From a virus (lineage: Duplodnaviria > Caudoviricetes): a stretch of 36,996 bases of DNA. Shown here piece by piece: positions 17,620 to 26,999 of this stretch (position 1 is its first letter; each line of letters starts with the position of its first letter). The stretch lies in IMG/VR virus record IMGVR_UViG_3300017747_003884, positions 1 to 36,996 of that record; one strand, 5' to 3'. Under the pieces are notes generated by a model that searched no databases, was not told the DNA's origin, and saw only the letters and a list, made by a program, of their open reading frames with translations. Both the position numbers and the translations under genes were made by a program.

Positions 17620-17760
17620 TCACGCCCTCCCTTGTGCGTCGGTCAGGCATAGGCACGCCGCGATGTCGAGCAGGATTTCGTCGTCTGTGCTTTCGCGGAA
17701 CGGCTCACGCGGCTTGTTCTCGCGGGCGCATCTCGGGCATTTGCAAAAATCGATACGCAT
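17620..17760 (-). CDS. 46-aa hypothetical protein
   Basis: MRIDFCKCPRC...; start coupled to the upstream stop. Confidence 0.4.
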   Translation of the reverse strand: MRIDFCKCPRCARENKPREPFRESTDDEILLDIAACLCLTDAQGRA

Positions 17761-18053
17761 TACTTACCCCAATAAAGAAACGCCCGCCGTCCATAACACG
17801 ACAGCCGCAGATAGGTGATCGTCAACGTGTATCGCGACGATGAGGCGCTCACGCGGAACTTGCGAAACGGCAGCCCCTTGATCGTCAACGCGGCAGACCC
17901 AAAGTCGACCGTCGCCCCCGAATACCCCGACACCTGCGCACGCTTGCCGCGGGCCGACAGGTCGACATAGATGGCGACGCAGTCCTTGGACTGGTACGCG
18001 ACCTTGACGCTGGACACTTCGCGGTTTGGGTCGCTCAGGTCGCATGAGAGCAT
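17760..18053 (-). CDS. Hypothetical protein
   Basis: TGATG-coupled start at 18053. Confidence 0.55.
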   Translation of the reverse strand: MLSCDLSDPNREVSSVKVAYQSKDCVAIYVDLSARGKRAQVSGYSGATVDFGSAALTIKGLPFRKFRVSASSSRYTLTITYLRLSCYGRRAFLYWGK

Positions 18054-18283
18054 CAGGCGCCGCCTTTCGTTTCCGGCATCACACGGACCTCGACCATTTC
18101 GAGACCCCGAATCTTTCGGGGCAAATCTTTCAAAGCAAGCACGTTGCCGTTCATCAACAGGCCTCGCACTCCGTCGATGGCTTGCTTTTCGATTTGCTCC
18201 CATGACGTGTCGCTGCCCCAAACTGAGCCAGCCTCAACGTCCATCGTGACACGAACAACCGCTCGTAAACGCTTCTCAGGCAT
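18053..18283 (-). CDS. Hypothetical protein
   Basis: TGATG-coupled start; ends TKGGA*. Confidence 0.6.
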   Translation of the reverse strand: MPEKRLRAVVRVTMDVEAGSVWGSDTSWEQIEKQAIDGVRGLLMNGNVLALKDLPRKIRGLEMVEVRVMPETKGGA

Positions 18284-19278
18284 CACGCACCGCCTTTCGG
18301 AGTCTCGCGAACCTGTAGATCCTTGGCCCATTCGGCCATGTCGCCGCCGTGGGAGTCTCGCGGGAAGATATGCGAGTGGTTGTTGTCGCCGCTGAAATAA
18401 CTCTTGCCGAGTTGCTTAACAAACACCGGCACGTTCGTCGCCTTGCACTGCCGCACGATGTTGCGAATCCATTCGACGTTGCACGGCCTGGCTCCGGGGC
18501 CGCTCTCGCCGCCGATGATGACCCAGTTTGGCTTGCCGTACTTCTCCCAGATCGGAATCGCGTCGATTGGTCCCAGCAGCGGTTCGGCCGACCAGAAGCG
18601 AATTGCGGCGGGAACGCTCATGAGATGTTTGTGCCGGAGTTCGGCCTGCTCTTGGTTCTCGACGGACGTGCCGAGCCAGACATTGGGGCGAATGCCGCCA
18701 GGACAACCGACTTCGTCACACGATGCGCGTTTGTGGTCGCAATCGTGATCGCGAAACTTCGGCATCATCTTCGCGATGTTCTCCGGCCGCTTCGTGAGCA
18801 GGAGCCAGTCGAGGTTCGGCGTGGCGTCAATCAGGCGGAAGAGGCGGGTGCGAACGTCGTCCATGGTGAGCCGATCATCAGGACCGCGACTCGCCCGAAA
18901 GTCTTTGCCAAGGTAAATCTCATCCTTGCCAGAAGCTCGCATCGTCCCCGTCCAATCCTCGAACACGTCGGCCAGCGACGCGCAGAAGATGCGGGGGCGT
19001 TCCGGCGGTGGAGGCGGGTTGTACGGGGCTCCTTGATGCCCCGAAAGCCACACATCCATTGCTGCCTTGGCTGCTTTGTCCCACTTCAACGGCAACTTCC
19101 AAGCGTCCTCGGCCGCCACGACCCGCGTGCCGTTCGGCCCCCAAACACCAAGCGTCTTCGGGTTGCGCTTGCTGAGCGTGTCAGCGTAGCAGCTGGCGCA
19201 GCCGGGGTTCACCTTCTGGCATCCTCGCCATGGGTTGAACGTGTGAGTCGTCCATTGGATCTTTGTGTTCTCAGCCAT
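18283..19278 (-). CDS. DUF5131 / phage gp37Gp68 family (radical-SAM-like)
   Basis: TKIQWT..TFNPW.GC.KV.PGC..CYA; LLLTKRPEN; NVWLGTSVENQ; SAEPLLG; WVIIGGESG. Confidence 0.9.
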   Translation of the reverse strand: MAENTKIQWTTHTFNPWRGCQKVNPGCASCYADTLSKRNPKTLGVWGPNGTRVVAAEDAWKLPLKWDKAAKAAMDVWLSGHQGAPYNPPPPPERPRIFCASLADVFEDWTGTMRASGKDEIYLGKDFRASRGPDDRLTMDDVRTRLFRLIDATPNLDWLLLTKRPENIAKMMPKFRDHDCDHKRASCDEVGCPGGIRPNVWLGTSVENQEQAELRHKHLMSVPAAIRFWSAEPLLGPIDAIPIWEKYGKPNWVIIGGESGPGARPCNVEWIRNIVRQCKATNVPVFVKQLGKSYFSGDNNHSHIFPRDSHGGDMAEWAKDLQVRETPKGGA

Positions 19279-19350
19279 TGACGGACTTCCTTTCTTCGAT
19301 GAGTTCACGTTCGCGTGCTTCTAAGTCTTCGTCATAGATCACAATGAACA

Positions 19351-19563
19351 TCACGCACCGCCTTTCGTAGCCTCAACGAAATCGGCCGCTTCACAGAATC
19401 GCACATACAGTTCGATTTGCGCAGTGGTCGTGTCGTCGATCGCGTCCCAAATTTCGGATAACTCCGGCTTGCTCGTGAACCATTCGCTGAACGCGACGAA
19501 ATCGCAGTACGCGCCGTGTTTTGGCTCCAGTTCCCCAGATCGTTTCGCCCATGGTCTGCTCAT
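19351..19563 (-). CDS. Hypothetical protein
   Basis: AAGGA RBS; ends TKGGA*. Confidence 0.55.
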   Translation of the reverse strand: MSRPWAKRSGELEPKHGAYCDFVAFSEWFTSKPELSEIWDAIDDTTTAQIELYVRFCEAADFVEATKGGA

Positions 19564-19617
19564 GTCGTTTTCCTTTCCATCGCTAATTTATTGCCGGGGC
19601 AAAGTACAAGTGAACGA

Positions 19618-20223
19618 TCAGGCAGGTTGTGTTTTTTTGACGAACCGGCCGTCATGCCCCTGAAACGATGGTACGGGGCGACACAGGATTGGAAGGTGTT
19701 TGTAAGTTTTACCGCGGACCAGTGACGCTATGGCGGCTTGGCTTGCGCCAAACTCATCCATGAGTTCCCTGGTTGTTGCTGATGTGCTGGCGTACTTCCG
19801 CCGAATCTCCATTACCTGCGTATCCGTGAACTTTGACGAGGGATTATTCTCGCCGAATTGTGCGGTTCCGTGCTTTCTCTTATCGGCATTGTTATTTTTT
19901 GCCGTGTCCCAACGAAGGTTGTCGGCCCGGTTGTTTTGCCTGTCGTTGTCGTTGTGGCATGCCTGCATGCCGTCTGGCCTCGGGCCGACAAAAGCGAACA
20001 AGACAAGCCGATGAACAAACCACATCTTCTGGTTCAATTTGGCAATTTTGTAGCCATTCGGCGTTAAGAATTGGGTCATGATGTGGCCGACGCCATTTTT
20101 CCGCTTCAGCGTCCTGACTCTTCCAAGACTTGATGCTTGGTATTTCGGGCACTCAGGTATATCCTTCCAGATTTCCACTGTGCCTTGATCGTGACTGAGC
20201 GAACCGCTATTTTGACTTGACAT
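19618..20223 (-). CDS. NUMOD4-HNH homing endonuclease
   Basis: EIWKDIP..YQASSLGRVR (NUMOD4); VHRLV...CHNDNDRQNN...NLRW (HNH); lower GC. Confidence 0.9.
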   Translation of the reverse strand: MSSQNSGSLSHDQGTVEIWKDIPECPKYQASSLGRVRTLKRKNGVGHIMTQFLTPNGYKIAKLNQKMWFVHRLVLFAFVGPRPDGMQACHNDNDRQNNRADNLRWDTAKNNNADKRKHGTAQFGENNPSSKFTDTQVMEIRRKYASTSATTRELMDEFGASQAAIASLVRGKTYKHLPILCRPVPSFQGHDGRFVKKTQPA

Positions 20224-20319
20224 GATTGGCCCTCCTTCGGCCTTTTGTGTAGAACCCGTCAGGCGTGGCAACGCTTGTTCGGGTTCGTTTATTATACAGA
20301 TCAAATCATTATTGCAATC

Positions 20320-20847
20320 TTAAAAACCAGGGAAAACACCCTGTACAACAAACTGCTTTCCGACGCTCGCAATTGACTGCACTTCGATGGCCTCAGTCTT
20401 GTGCCTCTGGGCGACCTCGTGAAAGCCGCCGATTTGGAAGTCATGCTTGCGAGCCTTGAGTTTCGGCCGCCCCAAGTCATCCCGCACAACCGCCCCGTCT
20501 TTGTCCAGCACAAGTTTCACATGGGTCAACTCATGGTCGTACAGCGCCATCTGTTCCGCCTCGCTCAGTTCGTCGATTCGGTCGCCGTCGATCTCGATAA
20601 TCACGTCGCCGAGCATGGTCGCCCGCTGTTTCAGATTCGTGATGCGAATCGCGGCCATTGCTTCGTAGCCGCCAACGGTAATCGCCGGGCCGCACACGTC
20701 GCCGTTCTTGTCGCGCGGGCCGCTGGACAGGATCGCTGTAATCAGCAGGCCGGCATGTTCGAGCGGTTGATGGTAGCGGTGCATGGCTTCGCGGATGGTC
20801 CCGTAGCGTTCGTCGGTTGGGTCGAGTTGCATGTGGGTTTTTGGCAT
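20320..20847 (-). CDS. Putative phage metallopeptidase
   Basis: ALYDHELTH (HExxH) and downstream 'HD...F.EVA.RH'. Confidence 0.75.
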   Translation of the reverse strand: MPKTHMQLDPTDERYGTIREAMHRYHQPLEHAGLLITAILSSGPRDKNGDVCGPAITVGGYEAMAAIRITNLKQRATMLGDVIIEIDGDRIDELSEAEQMALYDHELTHVKLVLDKDGAVVRDDLGRPKLKARKHDFQIGGFHEVAQRHKTEAIEVQSIASVGKQFVVQGVFPGF

Positions 20848-20853
20848 CGGGGG

Positions 20854-22146
20854 TTACTCCTGGTTGGGGGAAACGGAAAGAAAATCCATCACTGAGCGAA
20901 TAAAGACGGCGGCTACTTGGGGGACGATGGCGTTGCCATAGCCTTTGAGTCGGCCAGCGCGATTTCGGCCAGCCATCGCGAGTAGGCTTCGCGGTCGCCG
21001 GAGCATTCGCTTAACTTCTTTTGGACCGTATCCCATTCCTTCCAGAATGGTGCGTGTTGGTCCCATGTCGCGGGGAATCCCATGAGCCAGCGGGAAAACG
21101 CCGCGTCCAATACGCCGCGATTTTCCGTCGAGGCAGGGAATGATTTCGTAATCGCTCCAAGGTCGCAATACGCCATCGCTTGCATTTGCAAGTCCGACAG
21201 GCAAACTCCCATCGTCGACCCCTTCGCAATCGCCTTCCTTTTCCGCTCCAAAAACGCTTCCGGCGTTCCGTTCGCGGGTTCGCAAACCGGCGTCGCCCAG
21301 CCAGCCATCGGTTCGTTCTTCGACGGCCGCAGGCCCATCGCCGCTTCCACTTGCCGGCTGTAGTCGCAGTTCCCGGCGCCCGGCGTCTGAGCCATCGGCG
21401 TCGCCCAGCCTGTCAACTGTGCTGCGATCGCCAACCCGCCCTGCTTGCTCGCGGGGCCGCCGTTCGTCTTTCCCTTGCGGGACTCGTACCCACGCTGCCG
21501 GGCCGCTTCGTATTGCTCCAACGTCCTGCCGTCCTCTTGGGCCTTTGGCGACGGCCAGCCCGCCATGTCCAAAATCTCCGACGCCTGCTTCAATTTCGTG
21601 ATGTTGCTCCGATTGGAATGCCCAGGCGGAATCTTGCCCCCGGTCGTGTCGGAAGTTGTCGGCGACGGCCACCCAATACAGTCTTTGGCGGATGTGCGGC
21701 GCCCCTGCGCTGTGTGCTCCCAATACACACGACCCAACGGCGTAGCCCTCTCCTTCCAAGTCTCCTGATATTCGATCGAGCCACCCATGCTTTCTAATTG
21801 CGTTCGGCACTTGCTCGCCAAAAACGACGTTAGGGCGGCACTCTCGGATGAGCCGGAAGAACTCGGGCCAGAGATCGCGGGCGTCGGCTTCGCCTTTGTT
21901 TTTGCCGGCCACCGAGAACGGTTGGCATGGGGCCGATCCTGTCCAGACCGGCCACTCGTCGGGCCATCCGGCAAGGTGCAAGGCAAATTCCCATCCCGCA
22001 ACGCCGGCGAAGAAATGACATCGTCGAAAATCTCGAACATCGGTTGCAGCAACATCCGTGATACTCCGTGTGTCGATCCGTTGACCGGGGAACATGTTGG
22101 CGAGCCAGTCGGCGGCGTAGGGCTCGAATTCGTTGAAATAGATCAT
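20854..22146 (-). CDS. C5-cytosine DNA methyltransferase, alpha chain (motif IX absent)
   Basis: FFAGVAG, GSAPCQPFS, EQV, HIRQRLYWV and GYGNAIV motifs. Confidence 0.9.
   Translation of the reverse strand: MIYFNEFEPYAADWLANMFPGQRIDTRSITDVAATDVRDFRRCHFFAGVAGWEFALHLAGWPDEWPVWTGSAPCQPFSVAGKNKGEADARDLWPEFFRLIRECRPNVVFGEQVPNAIRKHGWLDRISGDLEGEGYAVGSCVLGAHSAGAPHIRQRLYWVAVADNFRHDRGQDSAWAFQSEQHHEIEAGVGDFGHGGLAVAKGPRGRQDVGAIRSGPAAWVRVPQGKDERRPREQAGRVGDRSTVDRLGDADGSDAGRRELRLQPASGSGDGPAAVEERTDGWLGDAGLRTRERNAGSVFGAEKEGDCEGVDDGSLPVGLANASDGVLRPWSDYEIIPCLDGKSRRIGRGVFPLAHGIPRDMGPTRTILEGMGYGPKEVKRMLRRPRSLLAMAGRNRAGRLKGYGNAIVPQVAAVFIRSVMDFLSVSPNQE
20913..22055 (-). CDS. Nested alternative-frame ORF: putative beta chain of the C5-MTase
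   Basis: 380-aa +1 frame ORF with four GW(P/A)(S/T)P repeats and motif IX-like 'FSRWLMGFPATW'. Confidence 0.7.
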   Translation of the reverse strand: MLLQPMFEIFDDVISSPALRDGNLPCTLPDGPTSGRSGQDRPHANRSRWPAKTKAKPTPAISGPSSSGSSESAALTSFLASKCRTQLESMGGSIEYQETWKERATPLGRVYWEHTAQGRRTSAKDCIGWPSPTTSDTTGGKIPPGHSNRSNITKLKQASEILDMAGWPSPKAQEDGRTLEQYEAARQRGYESRKGKTNGGPASKQGGLAIAAQLTGWATPMAQTPGAGNCDYSRQVEAAMGLRPSKNEPMAGWATPVCEPANGTPEAFLERKRKAIAKGSTMGVCLSDLQMQAMAYCDLGAITKSFPASTENRGVLDAAFSRWLMGFPATWDQHAPFWKEWDTVQKKLSECSGDREAYSRWLAEIALADSKAMATPSSPK

Positions 22147-22178
22147 GCTTCCTGCCCGGAAAGAAAATCCATCACTCG

Positions 22179-23663
22179 TTAAACAGCCTTCCTCGCCGCA
22201 GCGAGAAACAGCGACTCTTGTTCGTTGGTGTCAGCCTGCACTCGGCCCGCCTTGCGGATGACCGATTCGACCATGGGCATTTCAATCTCGGTCACTGGAA
22301 TATGCACGTTGAGCGGTCGCGTTGAGCCGATGCGGTTTGAACGCTTCACCGCTTGATAATAGGACTCGTAACTGTCGAGTAGACCGCTGAAAATCTGCCG
22401 CGTCGCGACTTGGAGATTAAGGCCGAACCCGAGCACCTTCGCTTTAGAGATCAGAACGCGGCGGCGGCCGGCTTTGAAATCGTCGATGAGTGTTTCGCGT
22501 TTCGCCAGGGGCGTTGATCCGTCGATGTTCGCCGCATCGGGGAATATCTTCGCCAGCCCGTCTTGCTCCTCATTGCGAATGCACCAGATGATTGTTGATT
22601 CATCCGGCCACGATTCCACAAGCGCCTTGATGAATCCCGGCTTTTGCGAACCGACGCCATCCAGCCCTTTGCCGATCGCCGAGAGTTTCGACCGCTTCAC
22701 GATGCCGCCAGCGTTCGTAACGAACAGTTCACCCGTCGCCGTGAAAACTGCGTCACGCTGTCCCTGCGTCATTTCCACGTCGTGAATGTGCGTGATGATC
22801 GGCGGAATCTTGCCGGCGTTGTCTTTCCAGCCGTAGGTTTCCGGGTTCGCCAGGAAGAACGACCAATGCGACAACGCCCGGTAAAACGGCTTGATTGCAT
22901 GCGGCTTCAAAACCCATCGCTCTTGCGTCTGGCCGCGGTTCACGAAGTACCTCGCCAAGAATGCGTTGATCGTCGGGAATGCGTCAAGGAATACGGCATG
23001 GTTCGCGTACTCGATGCGGTCATTCGGGGCCGGCGTTCCGGTGAGACACAGTTTCCAATCGAGACCGGCTCCGAGATCGAGGCAGACTTGCCCCCATTTG
23101 CCGTAATGGCTCTTAAGAATCGATGACTCGTCAAGGATGAGGCAGCCCAACGCCCCTTGCTTGAGATCGTCAGTCAGGGCGTCATAGTTCGTGATGCCCA
23201 GCCGGTTGCCGTCGCCCTTAAGCCACCCCGCGAGATCGGCCGCGGAAACCTGCTCGATATCAAGGCGCCCTTCGTAAAACTTGGCGGCTTCGGCGATGGT
23301 TTGGCGAACGACCATCAGCGGGCACACAATCAAGATTCGTTTGTGCATCGGCAAGACTTTCGCCGCGTGCCGCATGAACTCCAAGAGCATCAGCGTTTTG
23401 CCAAGTCCGCAATCCGCGAAGATCGCGAACTTGCGTTTCTGAATCGCCATCGCTGCGATATCTCGCTGATAATCGAATAGCCCCGGCCACGGCTTGTACG
23501 CGACATTCTTCACCGCTTGCGCCGCGGCCCCGTCGATCAGGTGCGCGTACTCGTCGGGGAATGACATCTCCCGCCCGGTGCATCTGAATGACGGCAGAGA
23601 CTTGACCGCCAGGAACTTCCGGTAATCGTCAATGCTCGACGGGTTGACAGCGACTCGCATCAC
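22179..23663 (-). CDS. SF2 (SNF2-like) helicase
   Basis: DCGLGKT, LILDESS, LTGTPAPND, GFGLNLQ and QAVKRSNRIG. Confidence 0.9.
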   Translation of the reverse strand: MMRVAVNPSSIDDYRKFLAVKSLPSFRCTGREMSFPDEYAHLIDGAAAQAVKNVAYKPWPGLFDYQRDIAAMAIQKRKFAIFADCGLGKTLMLLEFMRHAAKVLPMHKRILIVCPLMVVRQTIAEAAKFYEGRLDIEQVSAADLAGWLKGDGNRLGITNYDALTDDLKQGALGCLILDESSILKSHYGKWGQVCLDLGAGLDWKLCLTGTPAPNDRIEYANHAVFLDAFPTINAFLARYFVNRGQTQERWVLKPHAIKPFYRALSHWSFFLANPETYGWKDNAGKIPPIITHIHDVEMTQGQRDAVFTATGELFVTNAGGIVKRSKLSAIGKGLDGVGSQKPGFIKALVESWPDESTIIWCIRNEEQDGLAKIFPDAANIDGSTPLAKRETLIDDFKAGRRRVLISKAKVLGFGLNLQVATRQIFSGLLDSYESYYQAVKRSNRIGSTRPLNVHIPVTEIEMPMVESVIRKAGRVQADTNEQESLFLAAARKAV

Positions 23664-24547
23664 GACACCTCCGCAAAAAGGGCTTGTTCGGTTTCCGTGT
23701 GCAGCGTTCGAGCGTGTTCAAGGTTTTTGATCGCCGCATCATAGTATTCGCTTTTCAACTCAGTGCCGTAGAATCGGCGGCCGAGTTTCAAAGCCTCGTA
23801 TCCCTCGCTGCCGATGCCGGCGAACGGGGAAAAAACAATCTCGCCGGGGTTCGAGTACAGGCGGATGAGCCGATTGATGACTTGCAGTTGCAACGGGCAA
23901 ATGTGCTTTGTGTCGTCTTCGCCGCGGCCTTCCTTGACGTTGAGGGTGTCGGTCTCGCGAATGTCCGTCCAGCACGCTTCCGCCCAATCGATCCAGTTAT
24001 TTCGCGACACGTCACCCTTTGAGCGGATCGGGACCGCGTTATCGCCAGCAACGCGGAACTTGAGCAAGTAATCGGGCAAGCAGCCGCGGGACTTGGCGCG
24101 GTCAGATTCCAGCCCCGAAAACTGCAATTCCCGGCTGCGTGTGCGGATCGCTTGGGCTTGCGGGTTTTTGCGGATGCACCAATCGTACTCGAACACTAAC
24201 CCGGCACGCTCGCCGAGGCGGATGTTGAGTCCGCGGAAGTCGTACAGCCCCACTTCGCCGCTTCGCTTCATGCGGGGGATTTGCATGACGTGAACGACAA
24301 TCACACGGCCAGGCTTCACGACGCGGGCAAGCTGCCGGTAGAAGAACGACAAGTGCAACTTCGCTTCACCGCGAAGATCCTCACTGTTGCCGATATCCGC
24401 TTCCTGCGACGTGTACGCATAGAGCGACGGAAACGGCGGGGAGAACACCGAGAAATCAAAGCACGCTTCCGGCATCTCGGCCATGTGCGTGATGCAGTCG
24501 GTGTTCACCAGTTTGTAATCGCGTCCATCCAGCATTGAAAACTCCAT
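23660..24547 (-). CDS. N4/N6 amino DNA methyltransferase (beta class)
   Basis: FSPPF catalytic motif before the SPFAGIGSEG SAM motif; KHICPLQ. Confidence 0.9.
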   Translation of the reverse strand: MEFSMLDGRDYKLVNTDCITHMAEMPEACFDFSVFSPPFPSLYAYTSQEADIGNSEDLRGEAKLHLSFFYRQLARVVKPGRVIVVHVMQIPRMKRSGEVGLYDFRGLNIRLGERAGLVFEYDWCIRKNPQAQAIRTRSRELQFSGLESDRAKSRGCLPDYLLKFRVAGDNAVPIRSKGDVSRNNWIDWAEACWTDIRETDTLNVKEGRGEDDTKHICPLQLQVINRLIRLYSNPGEIVFSPFAGIGSEGYEALKLGRRFYGTELKSEYYDAAIKNLEHARTLHTETEQALFAEVS

Positions 24548-24607
24548 TACATCCCACTCAAAACATCGCTCGCCAGTTCGTTGACCACTTCGATCAGGGT
24601 TGCCGGG

Positions 24608-24826
24608 TTACGGAGCCAGTTTCCGAAACCTCAACGCGACCTGAACCGCTCGCGGAATCTCTTTCTGTCGCTCATGCCCTTCCCATTTCCGCAAGCATTC
24701 CAGGCAAGTCGCGTCCCAATAGATCCCGCAACCAACGCTGTGTGTCGGCACCTTGGCATCTTCGCCAAACTTCGCTTGCAGTTCGGACAGCATCCACGCG
24801 GCGGGATCGGCAGTTGTGATGTTCAT
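24608..24826 (-). CDS. Hypothetical protein
   Basis: ATGA-coupled to dnaB; Cys cluster. Confidence 0.5.
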   Translation of the reverse strand: MNITTADPAAWMLSELQAKFGEDAKVPTHSVGCGIYWDATCLECLRKWEGHERQKEIPRAVQVALRFRKLAP

Positions 24827-26139
24827 CGGAGATCAAACCTCGAAACATATTTGTGAAACATCAACTTCGCCGAACCCGTCGCCCCGTTGCGGTTTTTGCC
24901 GATCTCAACATCGATCTCGACCGTGTCTTTGTGTTTGTCGGGTTCATCGCATTGCAGCAACATGACCACGTCGGCGTCTTGCTCGACGGCGCCGGATTCC
25001 CGCAGATCGGAAACCTTGATTCGCCCGCCGACGCGATCCTCAGACTTCCGGTTGACCTGGGCCAACACGACAACCGGCACGCTCAGTTCGCGGGCCAGAA
25101 TCTTGATCCGTCGGGAAATCTTGGCGACCTGCTCCTGTCGCTGCGCACGCTCGTCGTCGGCACTGACGCTGATGAGTTGCATGTAGTCGATCACGACCAG
25201 TTTTAAGCCCTTGCTCATCTTTTCCCGCCGCGCCGCCGCCGCAATCTGCATAACCGTCTGATGCGGCGTGTCGTCGATCGACCAGGAAAACCCGTTCATG
25301 ACCGCCGCCGCGTTGTGGACTCGTTCCCGCTCGTGCAGGCTCAGCAGCCCGCGTTTGAGGCGCAGCCCGTCGATGCCCGACTCCATCGAAATGAACCGCT
25401 CGCCGATCTCAATCCGGCTCATTTCCATGGAACAAAACAAAACGTGCTCGCCTCGGGCCGCCACTCGCTTCGCGACGTTCATCACGAATGCCGTCTTGCC
25501 GCTGCCAGGCCGGGCCGCGATCACGATCATGGCGCCGTTTTCCATCGCGCCAAGGATGCTGTCAACCGGCTCAATCCCCATCGAGACTCCATCGTTGGCC
25601 ATCGTCCCCGTTGCCCGTTTCTCGATCCGCTCGGCGGCTTCGCGCGTCGCAACGCCCATGTGAACGACTTCGTTTCGGTGCTGCTTGTTCACGATCCCAA
25701 AAACAAGTTGCTCCGCTTTCTCGGCGGCGTCCATCGCTTCAATTCGCCGGTCATTGGCCGCAAGGCAAATCTCGCCGCCTGCATGGTAAAGCTCTCGGCG
25801 AATAGCGTGCCCGCGGATGATTTCGGCGTAATGCTCGACTGCCGCCGGGTTGCTGTAACTCGCGACCAAATCGACGTAGTAACTATAACCGCCGACTTCC
25901 TGCATCTGCCCCCGCGCAGCAAGCCAATCACACACGGTCAGCGGGTCCGCAACCTTGTTTTGGTTTAGGAACAGGTCGATGACCGCTTTCCAAATCGCCT
26001 TGTTGCCGGGGTTGTAGAACGCTTCCGCGGGAACCGTTGCCGCGACATCAAGAATCTTCGCGTTGTCGCCCAGCACAGAAGCGATCAAGGCGCGTTCGGC
26101 GTCGCCGTCGTAGGGCGGGGTCCATGGAGTTTCAGGCAT
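24823..26139 (-). CDS. dnaB: Replicative DNA helicase DnaB
   Basis: AARPGSGKT, SMEM, VIDYMQL, LAQVNR, DLRESGAVEQDADVV and KNRNG. Confidence 0.95.
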   Translation of the reverse strand: MPETPWTPPYDGDAERALIASVLGDNAKILDVAATVPAEAFYNPGNKAIWKAVIDLFLNQNKVADPLTVCDWLAARGQMQEVGGYSYYVDLVASYSNPAAVEHYAEIIRGHAIRRELYHAGGEICLAANDRRIEAMDAAEKAEQLVFGIVNKQHRNEVVHMGVATREAAERIEKRATGTMANDGVSMGIEPVDSILGAMENGAMIVIAARPGSGKTAFVMNVAKRVAARGEHVLFCSMEMSRIEIGERFISMESGIDGLRLKRGLLSLHERERVHNAAAVMNGFSWSIDDTPHQTVMQIAAAARREKMSKGLKLVVIDYMQLISVSADDERAQRQEQVAKISRRIKILARELSVPVVVLAQVNRKSEDRVGGRIKVSDLRESGAVEQDADVVMLLQCDEPDKHKDTVEIDVEIGKNRNGATGSAKLMFHKYVSRFDLR

Positions 26140-26956
26140 GGGTTGGCACCTGCAACTTTCGCGCGAGTCGTTCGGCGGTTTCGCGGAAGCGGTCCTCGGA
26201 GGATTCCGCAACTTCCGTTTTCGCCTTGGTCGCCTTCATCCGCTTGATGAATTCCCAAATTGGCTCGGTGCGATCTCGACTTTGGCTTTTGATCTCAACT
26301 TCAAGTTTCTGGTGGTCGTACCCAAGACGAACAAGTTCCTCGAACTGGTCGACTTGATCGTGTGAAGTTTTGGGACGGCGAAGGTAAAACAGCCAAGACC
26401 TCCAAAGCCATGAGGCTTTGTCTTCGTCTTCCTTTGGCAAAGGGGCTTCCTTCTTATCCTGTTCCTGTTCCTGTTCCTGTTCCTGATTAGCCTTAGTCTT
26501 TGCGGAAGGCTTACCGAAAGCCTTTCCGAAAGCCTTTCCAAACCCATCGCCTTGACCTTCCAGAAAGGCTTTCAGGTGTTTGTAGATTTTCGCCTTCAAT
26601 TCACACTCGGGAAGCAAGTCCCAATGCGAAGCCCACGACTTTACGACATTTGGAGACTCGGGCGGGTTGTGCTTGATCGCATTTGGCACAAAAATAAGGC
26701 GCCGCGACCAATCAACCTCAACAAGACCTTTAGCAAGTAACTCTTGGAATGCTGCCCGAAAACCCTTCAATGGCCATTCCAGGGCTTCCGAAAGCGCCAT
26801 CTCTCCCGTGCTGATTGCGCCGGGAATCGCGCTTGTGTGTGGCCCTGTGAGAAGGTAAAGCCACAAGTATTTTCCACATGGTGGCGGCGATGATAGCTCG
26901 CAGAACTTCTCATCGGCATACATTCGCAGGTGGACTTTGCGATAAATCGAAGCCAT
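26132..26956 (-). CDS. Phage replication initiator (replisome organizer-like)
   Basis: N-term wHTH 'YRKV...W/Y.D.KF..LS...LWLYLLTGPH'; QEQEQEQ linker; upstream of dnaB. Confidence 0.8.
   Translation of the reverse strand: MASIYRKVHLRMYADEKFCELSSPPPCGKYLWLYLLTGPHTSAIPGAISTGEMALSEALEWPLKGFRAAFQELLAKGLVEVDWSRRLIFVPNAIKHNPPESPNVVKSWASHWDLLPECELKAKIYKHLKAFLEGQGDGFGKAFGKAFGKPSAKTKANQEQEQEQEQDKKEAPLPKEDEDKASWLWRSWLFYLRRPKTSHDQVDQFEELVRLGYDHQKLEVEIKSQSRDRTEPIWEFIKRMKATKAKTEVAESSEDRFRETAERLARKLQVPTHA
26503..26573. repeat. Iteron-like 12-bp repeats; putative replication origin
   Basis: CGGAAGGCTTAC, CGAAAGCCTTTC x2, plus an inverted GAAAGGCTTTC inside the initiator gene. Confidence 0.6.
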
Positions 26957-26999
26957 CGGACACCTCATCCATTGAAATTGAACACGGCAGATCAATTGC

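Noticed and set aside
18349-19281. 310-aa + ORF
   Set aside because: Antisense to the clearly recognisable DUF5131 gene
26458-26484. CCTGTT hexamer run as a contingency microsatellite
   Set aside because: Encodes the QEQEQE linker common in phage initiators; in-frame unit
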